DNA from: a virus
Taxonomy: Duplodnaviria > Caudoviricetes
IMG/VR virus record: IMGVR_UViG_2595698455_000001
Location: 64,001-128,000 of that record
Strand: one strand, 5' to 3'
Length of the DNA stretch: 64,000 bases
The notes below the pieces were generated by a model. The model saw only the letters and a program-made list of their open reading frames with translations, was not told the origin of the DNA and did no database searches. How positions within the stretch are numbered: the stretch's first letter is position 1; each line of letters starts with the position of its first letter. Of this stretch, positions 1-9,877 are shown in pieces. The position numbers were made by a program, and so were the translations under genes.

Positions 1-1995
1 ATCGTCGACAACGATGTCCAGGAACATGTTGAGGGCTTCAAGATACTCGTTGATCTTGCTATTGAGGAATGGAAGGTACAGGGCGATGATGCGCGCCTTG
101 GTCTGGTCATCCTTCAGGAAGAACAGAAGATGCTGTAAGTCCTGGAGTTCCTGATCCGCGTCCTCTCGACGCTGGTATAGATCCTCTAGTTCACTCTCAA
201 TAGAAGAGATGGCATTCTCCAGGTCGGCTGTAGGCGTCGGCTGTACAGCCAGTTTGCGCTCCAGATCGGCAATAGACGCCACGAGAGGAGCACGACGGGC
301 TTTCAGCTCGGCGATCTTATCATCAACGGCTTTAATCCCGCTGACGGCATTCTCTCGCGTCTGTTGCAACGACGCAGTGATGTCTTCAAAACGAACGTTC
401 AGCGCCTTGCGAATGTCAAGGATCTTCTGCTGGCATTCACGGTTCAAAGAGTTGCATTCAATCGTGGCGGCGTCATGGAACCCCTGAATGTCACGATGCA
501 GCTGCTTGATGTTGTCAACGATTTCGTCAGCCTGCTTGCGCATTGCATCCAATTCAGCATCGATCACCGCGATATCAGCAACCAGCTTGTCGTCCTGAGC
601 CTTGTGGTCATCAATCAGGGCGGTGACATCTGCAGTGACTTTATCCAGTTGATCCAGTTTCGCCTGTAATTCCTGAATCTGAGGATTGTATTCACTCTCA
701 ATCCGTGCTTTGGTATCGTCGGACACCAGCTGGGTACACGTCGGGCAAGTTCCCATGTCATGGAACCGTTTGATGGCCGACTGATGGCCATCCATTTCGG
801 TCTGGAACTTGATGCGGAAGTTCTCACCCTGTTGGCGGCGCTGGATAGCAGCGTTCAGAGCGTCAAGGTTTGCGTTGCGCTCGGTGACCAGGGTGTTCTT
901 GCTTTCAGCCACGGTATAGGCGCGGTCACGCAAGACCTGAAGATCATGTTCAGCAGTAGACACCTCGATGCGCTCATAATCATCGGCCTTGTCCTGCGCG
1001 GCGTCTTTCACAGACTGGATTCTGACTTCAAAATCTTTCTTGACAGCCTCGATCTCCACCATGGATTCTTCGTGCAGGCGGCTTTCCACCGTCTTCATTT
1101 CCTGGGTGGCTTCGAATTCTACAGCAGTGAGACGGGTTCGTTCTTCGTTCTGGGCGGTGATATCCGCATCCAGGGCTGTCAGGGCTTCCTGCTGCTGTAG
1201 GAGGATATCGGCTGACTGTTGCTGTATCAGGGCGTTGGATTGCTCGATCTGATGCAGCTGCGTCTTCTTGTTGGTGTGGTCAACAACTTTCAACGCACAC
1301 TCAGTAGAGATGCTGTCCAGTACGGCGTTGGCGTTCTTGATGGAAGCCTTGACATCTTCGTTCATCAGGCTGAAGAAACCCAAATCCCAGATAGTCTCCA
1401 CCATGGCGCGACGGTCGGCGGTGTACATCTCCGTGAATGGGATGAACTTCTCTTTACCCAGCACCAGAGAGTTCTCAAACATCTTCTGGTCCACACCGAT
1501 GAGGTTCACGATGTACTTGTTCATGTCGGCCTTGGCCGCTTCGTTATCGATCTGCAACCACTTGCCGTCCACCATCTGGTAGACTTCAACAAAGTCAGGC
1601 TTGATGCCACGGCGCACCTTCCATTCGCTCCCACGGCATGAGAATTCGACCTCACCCACACATTCCTTACGGCTCTGTGAGTTCACCAGGCCTGCCTTCT
1701 TCTCCTTCTTGCTGTACGTGTCGTTGTACAGTACGAAGAACAGGAGCCACACCAGCATGGTAGACTTACCCGCGCCGTTGTCATCAGAAGTGACGAGCGT
1801 AGCCGGATTGCGCTGGTAATCGATCTCCATGAACTGATTGCCAATGGAGCGGAAGTTCTTGGCGCGGCCTTTGTGGAAGGTCAGCTTGTGAGTGATGTTG
1901 TCACGCACTTCGAATGGCACATCAACCTGAACAGGAGCTTCAGCTTCCTGCAGGAGAGCACCAAACTTGGACAGGATATCTGTACTTTGGGTCAT
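1..1995 (-). CDS. 46: gp46 recombination endonuclease ATPase subunit (SbcC/Rad50-like), 3' end runs off the window
   Basis: Read manually from ATG at 1995: MTQSTDILSKFG...KNFRSIGNQFMEIDY...DDNGAGKSTML (Walker A), followed by a long coiled coil; directly downstream of gp47. Confidence 0.92.
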   Translation of the reverse strand, partial: MTQSTDILSKFGALLQEAEAPVQVDVPFEVRDNITHKLTFHKGRAKNFRSIGNQFMEIDYQRNPATLVTSDDNGAGKSTMLVWLLFFVLYNDTYSKKEKKAGLVNSQSRKECVGEVEFSCRGSEWKVRRGIKPDFVEVYQMVDGKWLQIDNEAAKADMNKYIVNLIGVDQKMFENSLVLGKEKFIPFTEMYTADRRAMVETIWDLGFFSLMNEDVKASIKNANAVLDSISTECALKVVDHTNKKTQLHQIEQSNALIQQQSADILLQQQEALTALDADITAQNEERTRLTAVEFEATQEMKTVESRLHEESMVEIEAVKKDFEVRIQSVKDAAQDKADDYERIEVSTAEHDLQVLRDRAYTVAESKNTLVTERNANLDALNAAIQRRQQGENFRIKFQTEMDGHQSAIKRFHDMGTCPTCTQLVSDDTKARIESEYNPQIQELQAKLDQLDKVTADVTALIDDHKAQDDKLVADIAVIDAELDAMRKQADEIVDNIKQLHRDIQGFHDAATIECNSLNRECQQKILDIRKALNVRFEDITASLQQTRENAVSGIKAVDDKIAELKARRAPLVASIADLERKLAVQPTPTADLENAISSIESELEDLYQRREDADQELQDLQHLLFFLKDDQTKARIIALYLPFLNSKINEYLEALNMFLDIVVDD

Positions 1996-1997
1996 GG

Positions 1998-3113
1998 TTA
2001 TGCGTCCAGTTTGTTCAGGCGTTGTTGGGCGGCGTTGTAGAAGTGCTCTGCCAGCTTGCAGACGTTCTCAGGCCGTTGGATGTTATTACCAGCGCGGATA
2101 TCCTTCTTTAGGACTTCCACTGCATCGGTTGCCACCATCTCTTCGGTGACCTCAACCTTCTCGGCTGCAACGGTAATCGTCCGGTCGATGAAGTTGTAGT
2201 CAATGCACTTGCAGCGCTTCATGGCATCACAGAACTTCTCATAATGCTTGGCATTGTCGCGGTTCTGTACGATTACCTTAACGATTTGCCCTTCAATACC
2301 CAAACCTGTGTTCAACCACTCAGGGTCGATCCAGTTGCCTTCATTGTCAGAAGACAGCTTGGTGTAATCATATTCCACATAGCGGAACAACGTCTGGTGC
2401 TCAGCGTTCGGGATGAAGACTTCGCCGCCGCGCATGTCATCTACATAGAAGCCACGGTTGGTGCCGTCTTTGTAGTCTTCCCAGTTCAGGTGATATGGAG
2501 TCCCAATATACTGAATGTTACCTTCCATCGAACGGGTATGGAAATGCCCTGTGTCGACCCGGTCAAACTTGGAAAGCAATGCAACGTCGATCTGACCGTG
2601 ATCACAAGTAGAGGACTGGTACATTTTGAACCCTGCCAGCTCCAGATGCGCAAAACAGTACTTGGCGTCTGTATCTTGTATCGCCTTAATAGACGCATCA
2701 TAGTTCTCCTTGTTGATCCAAGGCAGCAGCAGAGTCTTGACACCCTCGATCATCACTTCGGTCGGTTCGCTGTAGTAGCAGAACACATCTGGGTCCAGCT
2801 CGTTCAGATAGGACGGCCAGTTGATGCGGTTGGACTCTTCTAAGGTGATGTCATGGTTGCCCACGATGCCATTCCACTTGATGCCAGCGGCTTTCAGCGC
2901 CGGAGTTAGCTCATCCTTCAGCCAGTCTTTGTCGCGCCCGTACATGAATTTGCGGACGTCAAAAGTGTCGCCAAACTGCCAGACCTCTTTGATATCAGAG
3001 TCGACAAGTTCAGGGATGAAATAATTGATGAGGTAGTTCTTGATGAAGTCGCGAACGTATCGGGAACCATTACGGCTCCCGATATGCAGATCGCCAATTT
3101 TAGCAATCGCCAT
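1998..3113 (-). CDS. 47: gp47 recombination endonuclease nuclease subunit (Mre11/SbcD-like)
   Basis: Metallophosphoesterase motifs GDLHIG, GDTFD, GNHD, GHFH; between gp55 and gp46. Confidence 0.93.
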   Translation of the reverse strand: MAIAKIGDLHIGSRNGSRYVRDFIKNYLINYFIPELVDSDIKEVWQFGDTFDVRKFMYGRDKDWLKDELTPALKAAGIKWNGIVGNHDITLEESNRINWPSYLNELDPDVFCYYSEPTEVMIEGVKTLLLPWINKENYDASIKAIQDTDAKYCFAHLELAGFKMYQSSTCDHGQIDVALLSKFDRVDTGHFHTRSMEGNIQYIGTPYHLNWEDYKDGTNRGFYVDDMRGGEVFIPNAEHQTLFRYVEYDYTKLSSDNEGNWIDPEWLNTGLGIEGQIVKVIVQNRDNAKHYEKFCDAMKRCKCIDYNFIDRTITVAAEKVEVTEEMVATDAVEVLKKDIRAGNNIQRPENVCKLAEHFYNAAQQRLNKLDA

Positions 3114-3841
3114 TATTCTTTTTCCTCTTGGATTTCGTCCAGGTCAAATTGCGTTTTGCCAAAGTCTTGATCTGAATCATCTTCGGCCTGTGCTGTCATA
3201 GTATTCTTACCTTGTGCCATGTATTGAAGTATGCCTTTCGCAATCTTTTTAGTCGATTCGGCAGCACGGGCTGTTTCCACCTTCTCCCGCTCCTTCTGTC
3301 GCTGGCTTTCCTTCTTGTTCTCAAAGTTGCCGATGCGCTCACGGAAGTCCATACCAATCCCTGTGGCATCAACGAACGTCTCTTGCTGGAAGTCTGGGTC
3401 GTCTGCCAGGCCTGCGAACCCACCCGCCTCTTCAAATGAGCGCAATTTGATGTACGTGTGCTCTTCTTCGATGTTCAGCTTACGGGCGAATGATCGATCA
3501 GCGCACATGGTCACCCAAGAGAAGAAGTTGATCTTCCCTTTCTTTCCAATGTGACCGACGTCGAAGGTGTGGAGGTAACGCAGGATGTTGACGATTGCTT
3601 CAGAGACCATGTCTTCGCGGAAGGGATAATCACGATAGTTGTAGCGGGTGCTCATCTTGGTGATGATGCGCTGGACCTGCAGAGCGACATAGTTGGGGAT
3701 CTTTGGAAGCCTGGTGCCCTCGGCAAGTGCTTTCTTGCGAGCAGGGATCCAATCACGAAGGATACTGATGACACGCTCGTTATCTTCGTCCGTGAAATAT
3801 TTGACGACATTCTCGCCACGATCAACATAATTCATACCCAT
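3113..3841 (-). CDS. 55: gp55 late-transcription sigma factor
   Basis: NYVD...IPNYVA...RYNYRDYPFREDMVSEAIVNILRYLHTFD...FFSWVT matches the T4-like gp55 pattern; syntenic upstream of 47/46. Confidence 0.88.
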   Translation of the reverse strand: MGMNYVDRGENVVKYFTDEDNERVISILRDWIPARKKALAEGTRLPKIPNYVALQVQRIITKMSTRYNYRDYPFREDMVSEAIVNILRYLHTFDVGHIGKKGKINFFSWVTMCADRSFARKLNIEEEHTYIKLRSFEEAGGFAGLADDPDFQQETFVDATGIGMDFRERIGNFENKKESQRQKEREKVETARAAESTKKIAKGILQYMAQGKNTMTAQAEDDSDQDFGKTQFDLDEIQEEKE

Positions 3842-3852
3842 TGTGGGAACCC

Positions 3853-4380
3853 TCAGATACCGATAAATTCATCAAAAGATCCAACAACTTTCTTCACAGA
3901 GATCCTTTCATTCTCTATCAGGAAGTTGCTGTCGTTCTTGGCGGCGGTGGCCCAAGTGTCCGCGAGTTCGTTGCCTTCAACACCCGCATGACCTTTAACC
4001 CATTTTAGTTCAACTTCACAAATTGAACAAACGAGATCATAGATTCTGAACAGATCTTTGATGAGATCAACGTTCTTGTCTGGGAAGCCCTGATACTCCC
4101 ACTTCGCTCGCCATTCGGTGACGCTCTTGATGGTGTATTGGCTGTCGGACCAGATGCGGACGTCCGGTATGCTGCGCTCACCCTTTCCAGAGAATGCCCA
4201 CAGTAATTTCAATGCGTTAGTGACACCCAACAACTCGGCGATGTTGTTGGTGGACGGAGGAGGCAGGTGGCCGAAGAATACCTTCCATTGCATACCCGAC
4301 ATCGGCTTAATGGCAAATGCCCAGCCTGCGGCCTGGTTGGTCTTCGGGTTAGAACCCCCGTCAGAATAAATTTCTATCAT
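3853..4380 (-). CDS. rnhA: Ribonuclease HI (type 1)
   Basis: IYSDGG, TNNIAEL, IWSDSQY, KWVKGHAGVEGNELAD catalytic motifs; start moved to MIEIY at 4380. Confidence 0.9.
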   Translation of the reverse strand: MIEIYSDGGSNPKTNQAAGWAFAIKPMSGMQWKVFFGHLPPPSTNNIAELLGVTNALKLLWAFSGKGERSIPDVRIWSDSQYTIKSVTEWRAKWEYQGFPDKNVDLIKDLFRIYDLVCSICEVELKWVKGHAGVEGNELADTWATAAKNDSNFLIENERISVKKVVGSFDEFIGI

Positions 4381-4382
4381 GA

Positions 4383-4390
4383 TATAAATA
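4383..4390 (+). promoter_or_regulatory. T4-type late promoter TATAAATA
   Basis: Exact TATAAATA about 35 nt upstream of the ATG at 4426, with an AGAGGA SD-like sequence in between. Confidence 0.65.
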
Positions 4391-4425
4391 TCCCAAACTG
4401 GTTTTATAGAAAGAGGAATGAAACT

Positions 4426-5193
4426 ATGGCACCCCGCGCATATCGTTTCAGTCTCACCGCACCGCAGATTGAGCAACTGCTCTTGTCTATCAATGACGCT
4501 ATCAAGCTGACTGATATCGTCTATGATTACACTGCAGGTGGGACTGTTGGGCAGGTCGCTGCTGCGTCCGCCGTCAAAGACATGTGGCTCCGTCTCAACG
4601 AGATGGTGACTGGCGAAGGCCTCAAAGACGCCATCAACGCCGCAGAAGACAGCAACGTGTTCACCGACTATTATAAGTCTCTTCTGGATCGCGAAGGCTG
4701 GAAATTTATTGGATCTCCGGCCGATGAACTTGAGCGAGATGACATTGACACCACGAACTTCACAGGTGGCGAGGTCATTCTACTTCAGAAGAACACTTCA
4801 GGCAACCCTGAGTTCCAATACTGGAAGCGAACCCCTGTTGCAGGTGGTGATCCCACCTTTGCGTGGGCTTCGGTCTATGAAGGGAACTCCAATGACTCTT
4901 CCATTGAGATCCCTGTGGTTGGAACCAGCGTACTCAAGGACATCCCCAAGGCGCTCTTCCATATGATTGAGTTCCGAGTGCATGTCTACGATAAGACACT
5001 GGGCCATTGGCAGGACACTGACGGAAAGGTCGGGTATCGCGGCGAGGATCTGTTCTACAGCACGTACAACCATGTGCAGACCAAACCTCTCGCCACCATT
5101 GACTTCAGCCAAGATACGGATAGCATGACGGTTTCTGTGACATCACTGGAACCAAATGTCAAATGCCATCTGTCCTTCGTGGCGGGTTACTAA
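4426..5193 (+). CDS. Hypothetical late (probably virion) protein
   Basis: 255-aa ORF from MAPRAYRFS with a late promoter; N- and C-termini resemble the 59307..60518 protein. Confidence 0.7.
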   Translation: MAPRAYRFSLTAPQIEQLLLSINDAIKLTDIVYDYTAGGTVGQVAAASAVKDMWLRLNEMVTGEGLKDAINAAEDSNVFTDYYKSLLDREGWKFIGSPADELERDDIDTTNFTGGEVILLQKNTSGNPEFQYWKRTPVAGGDPTFAWASVYEGNSNDSSIEIPVVGTSVLKDIPKALFHMIEFRVHVYDKTLGHWQDTDGKVGYRGEDLFYSTYNHVQTKPLATIDFSQDTDSMTVSVTSLEPNVKCHLSFVAGY

Positions 5194-6908
5194 ACCTCGA
5201 ACACGGCATCAGTGAACCAAGCGGGGAAGAACTCTGGGTTGCGCATCATCAGTGATTCAAAAGAAGAATCAAGGATGTATGTCGCAGCCCAGTCATTCAC
5301 ACCCCTGACCGAACGTCCGCACATCTGAACGATACGCAGTACCGCCATCCTGAAGTACGCCGATGGGTCTACACTGTTAACGTGAGCCACCAGAGGATCA
5401 CCAAGGTAATCGTATGGCACCTTGATCAGGATCTGGAAGCGGCTGTAATCGCCCTTGAAGTCATACCCCTCTTCCATAGCCGGACTGGCGATGACACAAG
5501 GCGTCTTCGTCCTGAATGCCTGCTCCATGATATCCATCAGAGCCTTGCGAGTCCGAGGAACGTGAATCATATTCCTGTACTTGCTGAACTTCTGTAGAGC
5601 CAGGGCGCGGTCATAACTGACTGTGTGAATGATGCCAGACTGCCCATGGTGGAACGCGATGATTTCATCCACGTATTCGGCCAGCTTCTTCATCTCGTAG
5701 TCACCCATGTTCGCCGTCATCTTCATGATGGGCATGTAGTTGACCTTCCGGTTCTCTATCGGGATTGGGTTGCCGATTTGAATCTTGTGGTATTCACCCT
5801 CACGGATACCCAGAGAACGAGCATAGGACTCAATCCCACAGATCGTTGCCGACATGTGAACATGGTAGTCGCCCTTGCGGAATAGGCCGAACTGAGACAC
5901 ATCAGAGGCGATGACAGGCTTGAACTGAATCATGCCCTTGTCTTTCTCCTGAACGATGAAGGTGCTGGCATTGGTCTGCCCCATGATGCCGCAGTAGTCG
6001 CTGAGGTTGTGAAGAGTATCAATGATGTCGGACAGCTTCATCACCTGGGCTTCGGTCAGGCGCTCGTCTTCTACCAGTTCCTCAAGGGTTTCTAAAAGAG
6101 CTTCAACCTTGTCATGCAGGTCGTCAAATATCGCATGCATCTCACCTGTTAACGAGTACAGCTTGCCCAGCTCATAGTTTTCTGTGCGCCTGATGATATC
6201 CGTGATGGTCTCCACGATAGGCACTCCCTCAGGGATCGTTAGCAACCCCTTTACAGCATTTATACTGTATTCCATGATCGTGTGCTCTAGGAGCGTAGAG
6301 GGCATCTTATGGCACTCATCAAGGATCAGCATATCGGCGCGGTTTTCGGGCTTCATACAGATCGTCGTACACATCTCCACCATCATGGCGGCGTTGGTGC
6401 ATCGCAGGGAGGAGATGTCTGTCCAAAGACGACGAGCCTGAACATATGGGCAACGATTCTTGTTACAGTGCCCGTCGCGGCATGCCATACGGCATTGGAT
6501 GGCGTTGTAGTACAGGTCAGGGCTGATATGGCAACGATAGTTCTTCTTGCCCTTCAGGATATCTATCGCCACGGCTTTCTCTGCCGCATACTGATCCTGT
6601 AGACCTTTGGTCGGAGTGGTGATAGAAGTGCGGAACTGGCCATACGGATTGCGCTCAAGAACCAGATGGCGAAGCACATTATGAATGGTAGTACCGATCA
6701 GGGATTTACCCACACCAGTTGGAGCCTCGATGATCACGTGTTTGACCTTCTTGTTCAAGAGGGCGTCCACGGCTTCAACGATGCATTCCATCTGTCCTGG
6801 GTTGGCGGTGTCGTATGGGAAGAACTCAGCGGCAAGAGACTTGATGCGGTCTATGCTGACTGGTCCGACGCCATCAAGCGCCTTGGTGTATTGATTGAAT
6901 GCTGTCAC
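5190..6908 (-). CDS. DinG/Rad3-family SF2 helicase
   Basis: APTGVGKS Walker A, Cys cluster (Fe-S-like), ILDECH, EEGYDF, QMCGRSVR. Confidence 0.88.
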   Translation of the reverse strand: MTAFNQYTKALDGVGPVSIDRIKSLAAEFFPYDTANPGQMECIVEAVDALLNKKVKHVIIEAPTGVGKSLIGTTIHNVLRHLVLERNPYGQFRTSITTPTKGLQDQYAAEKAVAIDILKGKKNYRCHISPDLYYNAIQCRMACRDGHCNKNRCPYVQARRLWTDISSLRCTNAAMMVEMCTTICMKPENRADMLILDECHKMPSTLLEHTIMEYSINAVKGLLTIPEGVPIVETITDIIRRTENYELGKLYSLTGEMHAIFDDLHDKVEALLETLEELVEDERLTEAQVMKLSDIIDTLHNLSDYCGIMGQTNASTFIVQEKDKGMIQFKPVIASDVSQFGLFRKGDYHVHMSATICGIESYARSLGIREGEYHKIQIGNPIPIENRKVNYMPIMKMTANMGDYEMKKLAEYVDEIIAFHHGQSGIIHTVSYDRALALQKFSKYRNMIHVPRTRKALMDIMEQAFRTKTPCVIASPAMEEGYDFKGDYSRFQILIKVPYDYLGDPLVAHVNSVDPSAYFRMAVLRIVQMCGRSVRGVNDWAATYILDSSFESLMMRNPEFFPAWFTDAVFEV

Positions 6909-6960
6909 TTGCTTCCTCCTATGGGATTCGCCTATAGTTTACCCGATTCCCAGGAACGAA

Positions 6961-6993
6961 AAAGCCGGAGCATTGTACTCCGGCTTTCTCTTT
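6961..6993. terminator. Intrinsic terminator hairpin, possibly bidirectional
   Basis: AAAGCCGGAG-cattgta-CTCCGGCTTT with flanking A/T tracts. Confidence 0.7.
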
Positions 6994-7037
6994 TGTCACG
7001 CCCCTGCGTTGCAGAGACCGGACCGAACCAGGTTGAA

Positions 7038-7316
7038 TTACTTGCCGTTGGCAGCGTTCTTCAGACCTTCGCCCACTTTGAATTTCACAACGTTTTTGGC
7101 AGCGATGGTGATTGTCTGGCCGTTCAGAGGGTTGCGACCTTCGCGCTCTTCTTGTGCTTTCACTTCGAATGCACCGAAGCCGACCAGCTGGACAGATGCG
7201 CCTGCAGCAACTGCAGTTTTCACGCCGTCAATAAAGGATGCTACTACTTTCTCTGCTTCGCCTTTGGTGATGTTCTGGGTCGAAGCGATGTGGGCAACAA
7301 ATTCAGTACGATTCAT
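7038..7316 (-). CDS. hup: HU-family DNA-binding protein
   Basis: MNRTEFVAHIA...VQLVGFGAFEV...REGRNPLNGQTITIAAKNVVKFKVGEGLKNA. Confidence 0.93.
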   Translation of the reverse strand: MNRTEFVAHIASTQNITKGEAEKVVASFIDGVKTAVAAGASVQLVGFGAFEVKAQEEREGRNPLNGQTITIAAKNVVKFKVGEGLKNAANGK

Positions 7317-7371
7317 CTGGATTACTCCGTTGGGTTAATGTTTACTTTCATGTTCACTACAAGAGGACTAC

Positions 7372-7396
7372 AGTTTAACTAACAAATTTTATTGAA
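7372..7396 (-). promoter_or_regulatory. TTCAAT-N13-TAAACT promoter-like motif upstream of HU
   Basis: Same architecture recurs at 15658, 16740, 18794 and 21704. Confidence 0.6.
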
Positions 7397-7406
7397 TAAA
7401 GCGGAA

Positions 7407-7685
7407 TTATTGGGCGTTCCCTTTGGGGATTAACAATTCCATCTCTGCTCGGGTAACAACCGTTTCTACATGAACTTCATCTATCAGCATTTCGTTCAGA
7501 AGATCGTATCCCAAGACATGAGCATCATCGGCGTATGACTTACACAATTCAGATTCCAATGAAAGAACCCTCTGAACTGTGAGGCCGCCGGAAGAAAACG
7601 GAACCGGAAAGAAAACTGAATATTGCTTCGAGCTTTCATGCGAACTGAATCTAACCAGCAGGACATCACACCATACACCAGCCAT
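7407..7685 (-). CDS. Hypothetical protein
   Basis: 92-aa ORF with GGAGG SD, in an operon-like run. Confidence 0.65.
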   Translation of the reverse strand: MAGVWCDVLLVRFSSHESSKQYSVFFPVPFSSGGLTVQRVLSLESELCKSYADDAHVLGYDLLNEMLIDEVHVETVVTRAEMELLIPKGNAQ

Positions 7686-7686
7686 G

Positions 7687-7839
7687 TTACACCTCCACAG
7701 CGTGAGACTTCAGGAGTTCATCGACTGCTTTCTGCCCCATGTAATAGAACGGGATGCGCTGGTAGAACGCCCAAAGCAATAACTGAATAACAATGCGGGA
7801 ACGGGGTTTGGTCACAATGATCGGATAAGATTTTTCCAT
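7687..7839 (-). CDS. Small hypothetical protein
   Basis: MEKSYPII start preceded by a GAGAGACTATATATC leader. Confidence 0.55.
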   Translation of the reverse strand: MEKSYPIIVTKPRSRIVIQLLLWAFYQRIPFYYMGQKAVDELLKSHAVEV

Positions 7840-7897
7840 GATATATAGTCTCTCAAATGAAAAGGCGACTTTATGATAAGCCACCCGAGGTTATTGA

Positions 7898-8728
7898 TTA
7901 TTGGAAATCACCAACATACATGTTCAGCTTGTCATCCCAGTTCAGAACGACGCGGATCGTTCCGGCATCTCCGGGGAAGGTCAGCTTAGAGCACATGGCG
8001 CGGTTGACATAAGTCCCGCTCTGGTTGACATTATAGTCCTTCCCAGCACAGACGCCGAAACGTTTGAAGTCGCGGGTCACCATCATGTTCAGAGTTGTCC
8101 AAGGGAGTGCATCGCGCAGGGCTTTACACAGGATGATATTTCCATTCGGCCTGAAGGAGACAAACATCTCATTGGCGATGCGGTGGCGATGCGGTGGCTC
8201 GAGTTCACGCAGGGAGATGAATTCGGATCCCTTTACCTTTTCGGCCAATGCCTCCACTTCTACCGAATCTGGTTTGAACGATTCTACGACTTTGCTAGCC
8301 TTCTGAACAACAAGTTCGACTTTGCATTTTTCTGTGCAGTGTTCAGCATGATTGGTGTTCGCCAGAGATAGTTTGGTGGCGGGTATGATAATAGAACTTG
8401 CATCCGGTTTCGCCTTCGGCGCGTTGAGAGCCATGCGGAGCTGTAGGCGAGAGACCGGAGTTTCTTGAGGAATCTTGCCACTGAAGTCGGAAACGTTCAC
8501 CCAATCGCCCTGATCATTGCGCATGGCAACCAGAATCAATTTGTGAATGACGCCATGCATCTTGCTCTCCCGCATGTTGTCAGCATACCAGAGAGTCGCG
8601 CCCATCTCAAACTTCTCAGCAAAGATCACACGGGAGTCTTCGTGTATAAGCAATACCCGCGCCGCGTTTGGAGCGGAGGATTTATTCTTTTCGATAATCG
8701 CCGCAGCGATAGTTTTTGTCAAGAGCAT
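7898..8728 (-). CDS. Hypothetical protein
   Basis: About 276-aa ORF, AAGGA SD. Confidence 0.7.
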   Translation of the reverse strand: MLLTKTIAAAIIEKNKSSAPNAARVLLIHEDSRVIFAEKFEMGATLWYADNMRESKMHGVIHKLILVAMRNDQGDWVNVSDFSGKIPQETPVSRLQLRMALNAPKAKPDASSIIIPATKLSLANTNHAEHCTEKCKVELVVQKASKVVESFKPDSVEVEALAEKVKGSEFISLRELEPPHRHRIANEMFVSFRPNGNIILCKALRDALPWTTLNMMVTRDFKRFGVCAGKDYNVNQSGTYVNRAMCSKLTFPGDAGTIRVVLNWDDKLNMYVGDFQ

Positions 8729-8777
8729 CACGGAGTATTCCTTCAGTTTAATGTGGGGCTAAATTTTAACCCGAAAC

Positions 8778-9110
8778 CTATTTTTGAAACCCGACAAAGT
8801 CCTGAGCAATCCCACGACAATACATCAGATCTTTCTTCGTCTGTGGGCTATTATCGGCGGCGGTCAGCATCATGGGTAGGTCCAGAGCATTCTCAATCTC
8901 GTCCACGCTGAACAGATCCAGGCGCTTCATCTCACCCTCGAAGTCAGACAGAAGGATGGAAGTATCTTTGTCGTCTGGGTGGAATTGCTGGTACGTGTTC
9001 ATCCAGGCCACACACGTGTTCAGCTTAGACGGTGGTGCTGCATACGCGCCAGCAACGTAACCCACGACAACAGCCAGCAACAACAGGAGGACGATTTTGC
9101 GTGCCATCAT
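8778..9110 (-). CDS. Secreted/periplasmic hypothetical protein
   Basis: Signal peptide MARKIVLLLLLAVVVGYVAGAYA; two Cys. Confidence 0.7.
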   Translation of the reverse strand: MMARKIVLLLLLAVVVGYVAGAYAAPPSKLNTCVAWMNTYQQFHPDDKDTSILLSDFEGEMKRLDLFSVDEIENALDLPMMLTAADNSPQTKKDLMYCRGIAQDFVGFQK

Positions 9111-9793
9111 TCGTTCTCCTTCATCATATTGTCGCAGTCAACACGGGTCTGCTGGAGTTCGCGTGACATGCGAGGATCATCAAGATTCACGCTCAGGTCG
9201 GTGGCCAGATCTTTCAGGCCGTTCTGAACACGATCCTCAAAATAACGGTCATTCTCCACCAACCAGGCTCTGAGGCCGAGAGCGCGGGTGCGCCATTCTT
9301 TCTTCAAAGTGCGATCGGAGGTTTGTGTGGCGCTGTATTCGAAAACCTTGATGCACTGGTTGCCATCATTGATCAGGTTCAGGTGACGGCGGCCTATCTG
9401 CACACCCTTCTGCAATGCCGGAGAAGGAAGAGAACGGCACTCTCTCACCTTTATGCGACCTTGTGTGCCCATTCGGCCAGTCATGATCAAATCACCTGCC
9501 TCCATGCCGCCTCGATTAAATTCATCGTCATTTAGGTAGCCCTTGAGGTTATAGGCTCCCTGTTTGTAACGATTGAACTCAATCCCAGCATTGACCACAG
9601 CAGTGGAGATGTTGCCTGTGTTCCAGAGTTCGGCGAAGTTCTCTATTGAACCAGACTTATCGATGGCGACTGCCTGAGAAAACCCAGCACAGTAGGAAAG
9701 ATCAGACCACAGTTTGTCACCTGTGGAGTTCAGCTTGGCGGTGGCGGGTAATGCCAGACCAGCCAGCACAGCCCCGAGGATTAAACGTTTCAT
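9107..9793 (-). CDS. Secreted/periplasmic hypothetical protein
   Basis: Signal peptide MKRLILGAVLAGLALPATA, AAGGAG SD, four Cys. Confidence 0.72.
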   Translation of the reverse strand: MKRLILGAVLAGLALPATAKLNSTGDKLWSDLSYCAGFSQAVAIDKSGSIENFAELWNTGNISTAVVNAGIEFNRYKQGAYNLKGYLNDDEFNRGGMEAGDLIMTGRMGTQGRIKVRECRSLPSPALQKGVQIGRRHLNLINDGNQCIKVFEYSATQTSDRTLKKEWRTRALGLRAWLVENDRYFEDRVQNGLKDLATDLSVNLDDPRMSRELQQTRVDCDNMMKENE

Positions 9794-9821
9794 GGTGGTT
9801 CTCCTTATTTCATTGGATGAA

Positions 9822-9850
9822 ATGATAGGCGGCTCACCATGTTGAGTAAA
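9822..9850 (-). promoter_or_regulatory. Early sigma70-like promoter TTTACT-N17-TATCAT
   Basis: Consensus-like hexamers with 17-nt spacing; same -35 as at 12075 and 30269. Confidence 0.65.
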
Positions 9851-9877
9851 GGGTTTCAATAAACTATCGTATTCAGA

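Noticed and set aside
209-1819. Several plus-strand ORFs listed at the window start
   Set aside because: The real gene is gp46 on the minus strand, missing from the track because it runs off the window
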